Assembly (NCBI RefSeq): GCF_006345805.1
Contig: NW_021829935.1
Location: 1 to 35,177, forward strand
DNA length: 35,177 bases
Direction: 5' to 3'
Source: Octopus sinensis
Taxonomy: Eukaryota
Under the pieces are notes generated by a model that searched no databases, had not been told where the DNA came from, and saw nothing but the letters and a program-made list of their open reading frames with translations. Position 1 is the first letter of the stretch; each line of letters starts with the position of its first letter. Position numbers and translations under genes: made by a program. Positions 1 to 10,832 of this stretch are shown here, piece after piece.

Positions 1-470
1 TACCATTCGTTGCCGGCTATTGCTGCCGTCTTCATTCTCACAACAGTTTTTTTCACATGTAAATCTATCCATGCCATCATTGTAAAAATCCCGTGCGCTC
101 ACTTTCCATAGAAATCCAGCAGTTAACTTCATTTAACTTCGGTTTATCTCGCTCTCTCTCTGTTGCGTTCATTTGACTGTCGGTGCGTTACATATTTTGA
201 GGTGAAAATCATTTAGAAAAATAGACCGAATGAGGTGGGTATTGTTAGAAAAAGAATGGAAATTCACTTGAAAGTATTTATTTCTGGTTAAGGTGGCATT
301 TTTCTTTCTTCATAAAGTCATTTTTTTCGGAGCTAATTCGTGGGCTGAAAAAAAGGAAGGTGTTAATGTTGATGTGACATTAACATTGTCGCCATGTTGA
401 ATGGGTCAGGGAGGTTGTGAGAGTGGAAGGGGGAGGGGCTTAGAGTGAACGAAGCAGACGACAGGAGCAA
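1..470. promoter_or_regulatory. CpG-richer, promoter-like segment with a GC box (GGGGGAGGGGC at 429-439)
   Basis: Repeat-free and visibly richer in CpG than the rest of the window, with an Sp/KLF-type GC box. There is no transcript evidence. Confidence 0.3.
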
Positions 471-1470
471 CATGTCTACAAACTATTGAAAGCTAACAAA
501 AACACAGCAAAACAAATAATAACTCATAAAGATACGTCATTTTATTGAACGAACATTTTCCTTTCTTAAAATCCATAAATCTTTGTCCAGTTTTCATTCA
601 TTTCTACATATTTAAAATTTTCCTTTCGACTATTTTTTTATCCAATAGCTGTTTTATTTATTTGTTTATTTGTCCATGTTAAGATGTACCTGGACAGTAA
701 CGGTAGGGTATAGGCAAGAGGTGAAATGAATTTGTTAGGGTTCGTCTCGTCAACTTCTAACAAAAGAAATGAAACGAAATACCTGAAGAAAAAATAAATT
801 ATTCACTCATAACTTATCTCTCACTTTTGAAATATAAATTTGTTTTTATTTATTTATTTATTTAACTGTTTCTATAATTAATTACTTTTCTACTATCTCT
901 AATTACAATTTTCTATTGAACTTGGGACAGCTATGTTTCAAAAGAAAATTAACACATTGACAAATTTTAATATCATTTAATGTCATTTATTTAAGCGAAA
1001 TTAATTAGTTAATAATAAATTAATGAAAACAAAATATTATTTGTTCTGGGAATGTTTGGCACTCAAAATATAGAGAATTATTTAAATTCATGTAATTTTA
1101 TCAAGCCCTATATAATAGCCAGTTTATGTCTTCTAAAAAAAACCCACAGTGGCTTTTAATCCTTAGGCTATATGCTTTGTAAATCAGAGACTTGCTATGT
1201 TGACAGAGTATCATGCTACTATTCAAAGAGGGAATATTTTGTGCTCTGCCAGTAGAAAAGGCACTTAACTCTCAATGACTCTAATTCATTTCCCTTTAAG
1301 AACTAAACATGGACACCTTAAGGGCTAAAATTCTCCCTTCAACTAATGTACTGAGACTGAAAACTTTTATTCAATTCATTAAGGCTAATCAATTATTAAT
1401 GATATCTATAATTAGAAAATATTGAACAAGTGGCTTTCTTTAGCAAGTTTATAAAAGAAATATAGAATAT

Positions 1471-1848
1471 AAACAAGAGCACTCAGAGAGTGCAAACCTC
1501 TGCCAAGACAACACCAATGTCCTCTCAACGATTAGCCAGAGATGATTTTTAGAATGAGAATATCTGAAATAAACACGACAGCTCTCACAAACGAGAATAT
1601 TAAAAATGAACCCAACTGCTCTCAGAAATTAAGTAAAAAGCAGAAAAAATAATCCAGAATCCTTGTCTAGAACCAGATCGATCCCAAAATCTAATCAGTT
1701 TGTGCCAATCATGAGGCCAAATATCTCTGAAAGTTTCATCTGAATCCATCCAGCAGTTCTTCAGATATCTTGCCTACAGATAAACAAAAAATACAAACAA
1801 ACATGACTGAAAACAATACCTGCACCTTAGCAAAGGGAGAGGTAATAA
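1471..1848 (+). mobile_element. Helentron/HINE (DINE-1-like) non-autonomous element, copy 1
   Basis: Starts AAACAAGAGC. Has a 5' sub-terminal ACCTCTGCCAAG, an (AAAC)n tract and a degenerate 3' hairpin ending GAGGTAA. A reverse-complement copy lies at 25008-25380. Confidence 0.6.
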
Positions 1849-2554
1849 TTGGCATACATTGTTGACTAAAAATGCTAGAGAGTTTTATAAATTCTGTAAT
1901 TGTAAAAGCATCAGAAACTGATATATTTCTTAATAAAAAGTTGGGTTTAAGAACAAATTCATGAATTTTTTATTTATTTATTATTATTTTTGTGAAAATT
2001 TCAAGGGCTACAAGCTACAGTAGTATCCACCCTTAGGGGTTAGCCACATTTAAGTGGCAAATGTACTTCACATTGTCATGCAGCTACTGTTTATACGTCA
2101 CTCAAAGATTTATTAGTGCTAAATTTTTTTTCCTTCTATTCACTATTATGGTGATTATACCAAAGAATACAAAATACAAATTATCTGTCCAAAAGAGTTG
2201 CAATTTCAATCTGAATAATTCAGTTCTAAAAAAAGAAAATGCTATTATATTTTGATACAGAATATTGGCTTTCTTACATTGTCAAACTGTCAATTCTTAA
2301 AGGATATATTTTATCAAAATTCGCCATCGCTCGTTTGTTATTTATGAAACCTATCAAGGTGAAAGGCAAAGCTGTCACTGGTGGGATTTAAAACTAGGAC
2401 ATATTTACTACTGTTTCTTCTTAATTACTACCCTAGCATTAGTGCAAAATTACCAGTGGCACTAATGAGATACTAACCAGCCTTTAGGAATATTCTTTAA
2501 AACATTATTATAGATAAAACAATATAGTAATTTGCCTGAAGCAGTTCAATGACC

Positions 2555-2955
2555 GTAAATGAAATGTTTGAAAAACCTTTGAGCAATGAAGGGTAAGAAA
2601 TTATGCAAAATATGTAAGATGGTGTCAATGAAAAGAAAGGGGGAAAATGTATTAAATTACATAGCTTTTTTAATGACTCCATAATATTTAGAGACAGATT
2701 TCCCTTTTAAAATACAAGAAAGAAAATAATCAAAGAGTTTGGAGAATAGCCTGCTGGGAACAACATATTTCTGTGAACTCTTTATTTTCTTTCTAGTATT
2801 TGAAAAGGGGAATCTTCCCCAAAATATTATATCATCAAACAACCTATGTAATTTAATACAATGTCTTTTCCATTTGTTTTCATTTCTTGACATTGCCTTA
2901 CATATTTTTCCTAATTTCTCACCTGCATTGCTCAAAGGCTTTTGCAAACATTTAT
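2555..2955. repeat. Old degenerate fold-back inverted repeat (arms ~2555-2735 and ~2770-2955)
   Basis: Left-arm AAACCTTTGAGCAATG, TGTATTAAATTACATAG and CCCTTTTAAAATACAAGAAAGAAAATAA each have close reverse-complement matches in the right arm. Confidence 0.75.
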
Positions 2956-3334
2956 ATTATTATTGTAGGTCAAAAAGCAAATATTATTTGAATTTAAAAT
3001 AGACAGAAGCTGAAAGGAGATTGTTATATAGTCCACCTCCATTTGAGCCAAATTTAGGCATGAGCATCCCACCTCCATTTGCACTTCATGTTTGAGGCTC
3101 TGATGAAACTGTAAGATGTTATTTAGGCACTCAACTGTGAGTCTCCTGCATCTTATAATGTAAGCTAATGAAGTTCATAAGAGAATTGGTCAACCTTTTT
3201 CTTATTACCACTTTGTACCTGACTGATGCTTTGTTCAGAAGCATACGTGTATTGAGTTCAACCCCAGCTCATTAGTATCGCAATACCTAAGTGAAACATT
3301 AAAACATACGTGTGTGTATGTGTATGCATGTGTG

Positions 3335-3365
<31 letters not shown>

Positions 3366-3459
3366 TTAATCATATCAAAAGGAAATGGAAATTAATTAAA
3401 ATTTACATTTCCAGTGGTCTAATGTGTAAAAAATTTAGTCAAAAAGACAATATATTAGT

Positions 3460-3714
3460 CATACGATATAGTGTATATTTAAACACATAAGGAATCCACT
3501 TATAGGAATTCAACACGCCAGAAAGAACAGCTAGGTTCTATAACCACAAAAATTAGGGATAAAATTCGACAGGAACGAATTGAAAAAGGAAAAACATTAT
3601 CCTTAAAAACATTATCCCTAATTTTTGTGGTTATAGAACCTAGCTGTTCTTTCTAGCATGTTGAATTCCTATAAGTGGATTCCTTATGTGTTTAAATATA
3701 CACTATATCGTATG
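3460..3714. repeat. Near-perfect inverted repeat, 103-bp arms (3460-3562 / 3612-3714), 49-bp spacer; MITE-like
   Basis: The arms are reverse complements with 2 mismatches (CAACACGCCAGAAAG vs CAACATGCTAGAAAG). Confidence 0.9.
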
Positions 3715-3921
3715 TATGTATGTATGTACAACTGAAAAAATGACTTATTGATGAACACTGCTGTTTATATCCTCCCTGATGAGATTGATGCATTTTTTCA
3801 CATTATTCTTCCTCTCAGATTTATTTTAATGCATCTGTCAAAACATATGTCAGTGATATAAATGATTAAAATATCATCTTGAATGTTTGTCTTCATTTTC
3901 CATTATTCTTATGTACATATA

Positions 3922-4291
3922 GGTATAGGAGTGGCTGTGTGGTAAGTAGCTTGCTTATGAACCACATGGTTCCGGGTTCAGTCCCACTGCGTGACACCTT
4001 CTACTATAGCCTCGGGCTGACCAAAGCCTTGTGAGTGGATTTGGTAGACGGAAACTGAAAGAAGCCCATCGTATATATGTATATATATATGAATATATGT
4101 ATGTGTTTGTGTATGTATGTGTGTCCCCAACATTGCTTGACAACCGATGCTGGTGTGTTTACGTCCCCCGTAACTTAGTGGTTCGGCAAAAGAGACTGAT
4201 AGAATAAGTACTAGGCTTACTCGACTAAAGGCGGAGCTCCAGCATGGCTACAGTCACATGACTGAAACAAGTAAAAGAAAAGATATAAAAG
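3922..4291 (+). mobile_element. tRNA-derived SINE, family A (tRNA head + core + TA/TG linker + 3' module)
   Basis: A-box TGGCTGTGTGG and B-box GGTTCAGTCCC, core CCAAAGCCTTGTGAGTGGATTTGGTAGACGGAAACTG, tail GACTGAAACAAGTAAAAG. Many copies in the window. Confidence 0.9.
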
Positions 4292-4344
4292 ATATGTGTA
4301 TGCATAGACATATGTAAGAGAGAGAGAGAAAGAAAGAGAGAGTG

Positions 4345-4462
4345 TGTGTGTGTGTTTCCTTGTCCTGATATTGCATGGTAGTTGTAAATGAGTATCAATG
4401 ACATAGAAGCAGTGTGGTTCATTTCCAATATTTTACAGAATCGTGCCTCACCCTGGCAAAAT
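4345..4462 (-). repeat. Fragment of an interspersed repeat also found at ~9190-9310 and ~18170-18330
   Basis: The reverse complement aligns with 18230-18330 (GAAATGAAC..CACTGC....ATGCTCATTTA.AAC). Confidence 0.6.
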
Positions 4463-4595
4463 ACGATTTAAAATATTCTTAAGCTGATACTTAAGAATCG
4501 ACTTAGCCATGTTCATGAAGATAAACCAAAGAAATATTTTGTTATGAACTAAAGAAATATTATTTTTCTAAAGTGAACATAACGTGTACTAATGC

Positions 4596-5074
4596 TGCAC
4601 CTTGGGCAAGTGTCTTCTACTGTAGCCTTAGGCTGACCAAAGCCTTGTGAGTGGATTTGGTAGACAGAAACTGAAAGAAGCCTGTCAAGTGGCTGTGTGG
4701 TAAGTAGCTTGCTTATAAACCACATAGTTCCAGGTTCAGTCCCACTGCATGGCACCTTCGGCAAGTGTCTCCTACTATAGCCTCGGGCCGACCAAAGCCT
4801 TGTGAGTGGATATGGCAGACGGAAACTGAAAGAAGCCCATCATATATATGTATATATATATGTTTGTGTGTCTGTGTTTGTCCCCCCCCCCCAACATTCG
4901 CTTGACAATCGATGCTGGTGTGTTTATGTCCCTGTAACTTAGCTGTTCGGCAAAAGATACCAATAGAATAAATACTAGGTTTACAAAGAATAAGTTCTGG
5001 GGCCGATTTGCTCGACTAAAGGAGGTGCTCCAGCATGGCTGCAGTCAAATGTGTGAAACAAGTAAAAGAGTAAA

Positions 5075-5116
<42 letters not shown>

Positions 5117-5312
5117 TGTGTTTGTCCCCCTGCCATCACTTGACAACTGATGCTGGTGTGCTTATGTCCCTGTAACTTAGCAGTTCGGCAAAAGAGACCG
5201 ACCAAATAAGTACTAGGCTTACAAAGAATAAGTTCTGGAGTCGATTTGTTCAACTAAAAGCCTTCAAGGTGGTGCTCTAGCATGGCCACAGTCAAATGGC
5301 TGAAACAAATAA
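4596..5312 (+). mobile_element. SINE family A cluster: headless core (4596-4686), full copy (4688-5080), extra 3' module (5110-5312)
   Basis: The core motif occurs twice and the 3' module twice in tandem. Confidence 0.85.
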
Positions 5313-5408
5313 AATGAAATATACTCTTAGGTAGATTTGTGTATTAGAAGCTTTCTTGGTTATTAAGTGAAAAACGAAGTATGTTCAAAACTGGTGTGAT
5401 GAACTGCC

Positions 5409-5610
5409 GTATCATGTCTGAAGACAAGAGAACTTCAATGTGATACTTCAGTTTTTACCTTAATGAAAAGCAGACATTACTTCTTTGTCACAGATGAGTT
5501 GTTAAACCTTTCAAGGGCATCCAACTGTGAAAAGACTTAGGTAATTTATGTTTAACTGGTTTGTCAAAAAAAAAAAAAAAACATGATACCATTGACAAAT
5601 GTATTATTTA
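5409..5610. repeat. Diverged ~200-bp segment duplicated at 9437-9632
   Basis: Shared TTACCTTAATGAAAA, GTCACAG.TGAGTT.TTAAACCTTTCAAG and TGTGAAAA....T.GGTAA. Confidence 0.8.
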
Positions 5611-6019
5611 TGTGTGTGTCCGTGTGTATATATGTATGAGTTTGTGTGTGCGTGTGTATATATGTATGAGTTTGTGTGTGTGTGTTTGAGTTTGTGTATG
5701 TCTCATACACACGTCTTCATTATCATCATCATCATTTTTACATCCATTTTTCATGCTGGTGTGGGTTAGATGAGTTGTCACAGTGGGTGGGCAGGTATTT
5801 ATTTGGTGTAATAGCTGTCATATGTGCATGTGTATGCGCATGCTTGTGTGTGTGCGTGCGTGTGTGTGTATGCATGTGAGAGTAAGTGTATGTATTATAG
5901 TTGTCTTTCTATGAGTATAGGTCTCATAAGTGTGTAGTCTTTTGAGTGTAAGTGTAGAGGTATGTGTGTGTAGGCAAGTATCTATATTTGGATTTTTCAT
6001 GCCACCTTTCTTCTCCTCC

Positions 6020-6459
6020 TCCACTACCGCCACCACCACCATCATCATTATCACCATCACATGATCATAATTCCTGTACCTGCTCCTTCATGCTTCCATG
6101 ATTTAGATGGGTCTTTCCCAGTACGGTTGTCTTGACATTTGTCACGGTCTTTTATCATTTATTTCATGAGAATTGGCCTTTTGAGATTTGCCTTCTTCCC
6201 ATGTCTTCCTCAGTCGACCTCTTCTAGGGGTTCCCTCCACCTAGATCACTTGACACTATTTTACCCAACTGTCATCCTTTTAAATATTGCATGCTCATAC
6301 CAAGGTAGTCGTTTCCCTCACTTGCCACTTGCTTCCAATTTGTGCTCTACCCAATTTTTCTTAGTTCATATTAGTTCCATCATACACGCACACTAACACT
6401 ACACATCCAGTGGCATGTACTCATCTCACTTCTTTCCAACTTTTGTAAATCTTTCACCT
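6020..6459 (-). pseudogene. Degenerate RTE LINE C-terminus with (GAT/GGT)n tail
   Basis: Minus-strand translation gives EVKDLQKLERSEM...HWMCSVSV...VEGTPRRGRLRKTWEE, the RTE C-terminal RGRPRKTW motif, with stops. Confidence 0.75.
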
Positions 6460-6860
6460 CCCTTTTGATACCAACTCAGTTAAAACCGCCTCTGGCTCTG
6501 TAGTACAAATGTCTTGTTTTCAAAAGTTCTAAATTACAATCTTCCACCAAACTTTAGTCACAATTTATGTTCCTAACACTAGCTGAATGATAACTAAGTT
6601 ATTTTACTACATGCTTTGTTACATTTAAAATTAATTGAAAGAAACAGAACATCTCAACAGAAATATGGTAACAAAAGGGTTAAGATATACAAAAGAGAAA
6701 CAATTCTTAACTCTTTTGATACCAACCCACCTGAAACCATCTCTGGCTCTGTAGTACAAATGTTTTGTTTTCAAAAGTTCTGAATTAAAATCTTCCACCA
6801 AACCTTAGTCACAATTTATGTCCCTAACACTAGCTTAATGATAACCAAGTTATTTTACTA
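6460..6860 (+). mobile_element. piggyBac-type MITE dimer (one full monomer 6460-6679, one truncated monomer from 6711)
   Basis: Termini CCCTTT...AAAGGG followed by TTAA, then a 23-bp spacer. Same arrangement as 29983-30456. Confidence 0.75.
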
Positions 6861-6861
6861 A

Positions 6862-7195
6862 CCTTTCTGTGAGCTGGTTGCATTCAAGGTTGGCTGCAGG
6901 GGTTTCCCAGCAGCTTCTCTCTGAAGGTTTCTGAAGGTGATTGGTGCATCTGCTGCGAGGAGGATCAACAAGGAATGTGGAGAGAAAGCAGTTGAAGGTA
7001 GTGCTTGGATTACCAGGAGGTTTGTGAGTGCATATAAGGCCACAGAACTGGCATGAGTCCGGTTGCAACATAATACATCCAGCTGTTGTGGGCCCACCGT
7101 GTGGAGAGATACTGAGCATAATAGGCTGAAATCTCGGCAAAGTACGGCACTCAGCTGATGATTGCAGCCGGATGAGAAATGGAGCACTCGGTGTT
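6862..7195 (+). pseudogene. C-terminal end and probable 3' UTR of an RLE-type LINE (HERO-like)
   Basis: A plus frame reads AFKVGCRGFPAASL*RFLKVIG...AVEGSAWI, matching the (E)VGCRGF...SxWIW end of restriction-like-endonuclease LINEs. Confidence 0.65.
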
Positions 7196-7569
7196 TTCTT
7201 CTACTTTCCTGGTCGATACTGTACAACTCAGCAATGAAAACTGAGTTCAGAACTAGTTGGTTCTTAATCAGGAGGGAAGAACAGTGTCCATGACCTTTTA
7301 GAAGACCTCTGAGATCAATGGGCAAGGGAAAGTTAATTATCTTCAAACTGGAAATCTGACTTCAATGCTTGCAATAGAGCAGACTCTGCTAAAATTGCCT
7401 CAGGTGCAAAGTTATGGTGTTAAACCAGGCAATAAGTAGGTCTTGGTGGAATTTCAACTCAAAACACATAAAATTAGAACAAACATAGAAAGGCATCTGA
7501 ACTGCTACATATTCTAACAGTTCCACCAATCCAACAATCCAACAGCCTGGATCAATAGATACATAAACA

Positions 7570-7634
7570 TGTGTGTGTGTGTGTGGTGTGTGTGTGTGTG
7601 TATATATATTTATTTATTTATATATTTATTTATA

Positions 7635-7704
<70 letters not shown>

Positions 7705-7705
7705 C
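7570..7705. repeat. (TG)n/(TA)n microsatellite
   Basis: Direct reading. Confidence 0.95.
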
Positions 7706-7801
7706 AAGGTACAAGTGAGGATATAAGCCTCGGGGGGATAAAAATATATGTATGTGGTCTAACAAAGCAGGCACATACATATTTAGTATTATTAATGTTA
7801 T

Positions 7802-8364
7802 ACAAAACAAGAGAGAAGATGGAGATGAGATTAATAAAACTTTATTAAAAGTTTATTAACAATAACAAGACCAGGCCTACAATTGTTTTATTTCATCACT
7901 TGCAGCATAAAAATTAACCAAGTTTTATTTAATTTAACGAAATTAATTTCATTAATTACTACAAGTGAAGGATGTACAAAGAAATTTATTATATTTAAAA
8001 CAAAATTAGTACATAAAAGCAGGAAGAATACAGTGTGCCATTATAGTTAAAAATATATACACAGTTATAAAAATAGATACTGTATCTATTTTTATAACCA
8101 TATATTTATTTTTAACACTGTATTCTTCCTCTTTTTTTTCTTTCATTTTGTTTCAAATACAATAAATTTCTTTGTACATCCTTCTCTGATGATATTCTCA
8201 TTTATAGTAACTAACCAAATTAATTTAGTCAAATTAAATCAAATTTGATTAATATTGATGCTGCAAGTAATGAATTGAAACAATTGTAGGTCTAGTCTTG
8301 TCAATGTTAATAAATATTTCATAAACTTTTATTAATCTCATCTCCATCTTCTCTCTTGTTTTGT
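7802..8364. repeat. ~560-bp AT-rich imperfect palindrome centred on 8081
   Basis: Perfect 17-bp central arms (GTTATAAAAATAGATAC-T-GTATCTATTTTTATAAC). Perfect outer match ACAAAACAAGAGAGAAGATGGAGATGAGATTAATAAAA. Confidence 0.9.
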
Positions 8365-8387
8365 GTGTGTGTGACACACACACACAC

Positions 8388-8462
8388 GTATGTATGTATG
8401 TATGTATGTATGTATGTATGTATGTATGTATGTATGTATGTATGTATGTATGTATGTATGTA
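8388..8462. repeat. (TATG)n microsatellite
   Basis: Direct reading. Confidence 0.95.
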
Positions 8463-8502
8463 TATTTTGTTTCAAATTTGTATGAATGTGTATAGAATAA
8501 TA

Positions 8503-8937
8503 TATCAGTTGAAGAAAGTTAAAACATGGTCTGGTTTTCACGTTTTTTATTATAGCATTTTAACATTTTAAAAAATACATATCTTGTAATGCTCATAAAG
8601 TTAAATTAGCACTTTCATACATAGAGTAATCATCGGATTTCAAATGTGTTTAACTGACAATTGAGTTCTTGACAATTTTAGTACCTCATAGAATGCTCCG
8701 AAATGCAGCTTCAAACCGTATTGTAAAAATTCAGCTTGTTCGAGGATTCTAAGTGGTACTAAAGTTGTCAAGAACTCAATTGTCAGTTAAACACATTTGA
8801 AATCTGATGATTACTCTATGTATGAAAGTGCTAATTTAACTTTATGAGCATTACAAGATATGTATTTTTTTTAATGTTAACATGCTATAATAAAAAACGT
8901 GAAAACCAGACCATGTTTTAACTTTATTCGACTGATA
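8503..8937. mobile_element. Tc1/mariner-type MITE with ~200-bp TIR arms (8503-8702 / 8739-8937), TA at both ends
   Basis: TATCAG...CTGATA termini resemble those of the mariner at 20618. The arms are highly similar reverse complements. Confidence 0.8.
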
Positions 8938-8940
8938 CAT

Positions 8941-9105
8941 AGGTGCAGGAGTGGCTGAGCGGTAAATAGCTTGCTTACCAACCACATGGACATGGGTTCA
9001 GTCCCACTGCGTGGCACCTTGGGCAAGTGTCTTCTACTATAGCTTCGGACCACCCAAAGCCTTGTGAGTGGATTTGGTAGATGGAAACTGGAAGAAGACT
9101 GTCGT
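8941..9105 (+). mobile_element. SINE family A, 5' half
   Basis: A/B boxes and core motif present. Confidence 0.85.
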
Positions 9106-9436
9106 ATATGTATGTGTGTGTGTGTGTGCACGAGACCATTGATTGAAAGTACTTTTTTATTCATGCTCTCAAGGGTCAGACAGAATTCATTCAGACAGAT
9201 TTTATACTGCTGGATGCTCTTCCTGCTTCTGACCCCAACCTGCTTCCATGCAAAGTAATTTTTCCCCAAAGCTAGACTTGTTTTCAGGAAAGAATGCAAA
9301 CGAACGACAGTGATTTTATCAACTCAAGAAGGATGAAAGACGAAGTTGTCCTTGATGAGATTTGAACTCAAAGCTCAAGAAATCTAAGCAAAGCATTACT
9401 ACCCAAAACAGTAATGACTCTGCTAAGTCACCACTT

Positions 9437-9632
9437 GTATCATTTGAAGACAGAGAACATTAACCTGATAGTTCAGCTTTACCTTAATGAAAACAGTCAT
9501 TAGTCTAAAGTCACAGGTGAGTTATTAAACCTTTCAAGAGTATCCACTTGTGAAAACGCTTTGGTAAATCGTATTTAAATGTTTTGTAATAAAAAAAACA
9601 ATCATGATAGCATGGACGAATGACAAATATGT
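9437..9632. repeat. Second copy of the diverged segment at 5409-5610
   Basis: See 5409-5610. Confidence 0.8.
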
Positions 9633-9718
9633 TTGTGGGGATATGTGTGTGGCTGTGTAAGCACATATATGTATGTGTATGTGTAAGCATGTATATACGT
9701 GTGTGTGTAAGCATATGT

Positions 9719-9752
<34 letters not shown>

Positions 9753-9775
9753 ACGTGTGTGTACATAAGTGTGTA

Positions 9776-10279
9776 TGTATGAGGATGAGTCAAAAAGTAA
9801 TGCCATTTTGTTTAGGACAGGTATAATTACCAACACAGGAACATGTATCATACATCAAAATGAAGCTGGTCCTCTGTGGGGTCACATCCCTACTTCTCAA
9901 CATAGTCACCATTTCTCTCAATAGCAATGTTCCACCTTCGAATGAGAGCATGTATCCCTACCCCGTAAAATTCTGTTGACTGTTCTTTGAGCCACTTCTT
10001 CACTACAGTTTTCACTTCCTCGTTACTGGACTAACATCTCTTTGGCCCCATGAAAGAGGGTTTGAGAGACAAACATTATTCCAGTAACGAGGAACTGAAA
10101 ACTGTAGTGAAGAAGTGGCTCAAGGAACAGTCAACAGAATTTTATGGGGAAAAGATACATGCTCTCATTCAAAGGTGGAACATTGCTATTGAGAGAAATG
10201 GTGACTATGTTGAGAAGTAGGGATGTGACCCCACAGAGGACCAGCTTCATTTTGATGTATGATACATGTTCCTGTGTTG
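9776..10279. mobile_element. Fold-back mariner deletion derivative (200-bp arms 9831-10030 / 10080-10279; TIR-like end at ~9776-9810)
   Basis: The arms are reverse complements, and both are copies of a mariner transposase 3' end. Confidence 0.85.
10038..10220 (+). pseudogene. Mariner transposase C-terminal fragment
   Basis: Translates LFGPMKEGLRDKHYSSNEELKTVVKKWLKEQSTEFYGEKIHALIQRWNIAIERNGDYVEK*, a canonical mariner C-terminus. Confidence 0.9.
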
Positions 10280-10367
10280 ATACATGTTCCTTCTTGTTGA
10301 CAACTCTTATCTGCATCCAAGCAAAGTAATATTTCTCCAAATCCTTCAAACAAGAATATCACAACAG

Positions 10368-10418
10368 CTTGATTTCATGGAGGATTACAAACAAATGACA
10401 CTGCTTTTATATGAACAG
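10368..10418 (+). CDS. Candidate 51-nt host exon (LDFMEDYKQMTLLLYEQ); product unknown
   Basis: Non-repetitive. CAG acceptor (weak pyrimidine tract), CAG|GTTTGT donor, open phase 0-0 frame that also stays open upstream (KVIFLQILQTRISQQ). Unverified. Confidence 0.25.
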
Positions 10419-10494
10419 GTTTGTTGGTTTACAATTAGTGTATGATGTCAAGGCAAGAAAATACACACACTATACACGAAAATGGACAATACAC

Positions 10495-10710
10495 ATCATC
10501 ACCACCATCATCATTATCATAACCATTTAATGTCTGTTTTCCATGCTGGTATAGGTTGTATGGCTTAACAGGAGTTGGCAAGCTGGAGGGCAGCACCAGG
10601 CTCCAATTGTCTCTTTTGGCATGGTTTCTATGGCCAGATGGCCTTCCTAATGCCAACCACTTTACAGAGTATGTTGGGTGCTTTTAATGTGCTACCTGGT
10701 ACAGATGCAT
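10495..10710 (-). mobile_element. RTE 3' UTR fragment with (GAT)n tail
   Basis: A diverged GGATGCCCTTCCTAACGCCAACC motif and a CAT/CAC tract. Confidence 0.75.
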
Positions 10711-10731
10711 TTATGTATACATACTATCCAT

Positions 10732-10832
10732 AAATACAGGTATATGATATATGATACGATACGATATATATGATATGATATATGATATATGACATATGAT
10801 ATGATATATGATATGATATGATATACATGCAT
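10732..10832. repeat. (ATATG)n pentanucleotide tract bounded by AAATACAG...TACATGCAT
   Basis: Direct reading. Mirrored at 13634-13861. Confidence 0.85.

Noticed and set aside
2497-3002. Three overlapping ORFs sharing an LLKGF motif
   Set aside because: The shared motif comes from the inverted repeat, not from coding paralogy.
3219-3286. Minus-strand 68-nt AG...GT exon candidate
   Set aside because: Stops in all three frames.
3922-4000. tRNA genes at SINE heads (also 28321, 28770, 29732)
   Set aside because: They have A/B boxes, but no complete cloverleaf was evident and each continues into a SINE body.
4425-4545. Apparent exon after TTTTACAG
   Set aside because: The acceptor lies inside a minus-strand interspersed repeat, and all frames from it hit stops.
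6858-7346. 162-aa minus-strand ORF
   Set aside because: Largely antisense to the HERO-like relic, with no recognisable motif.
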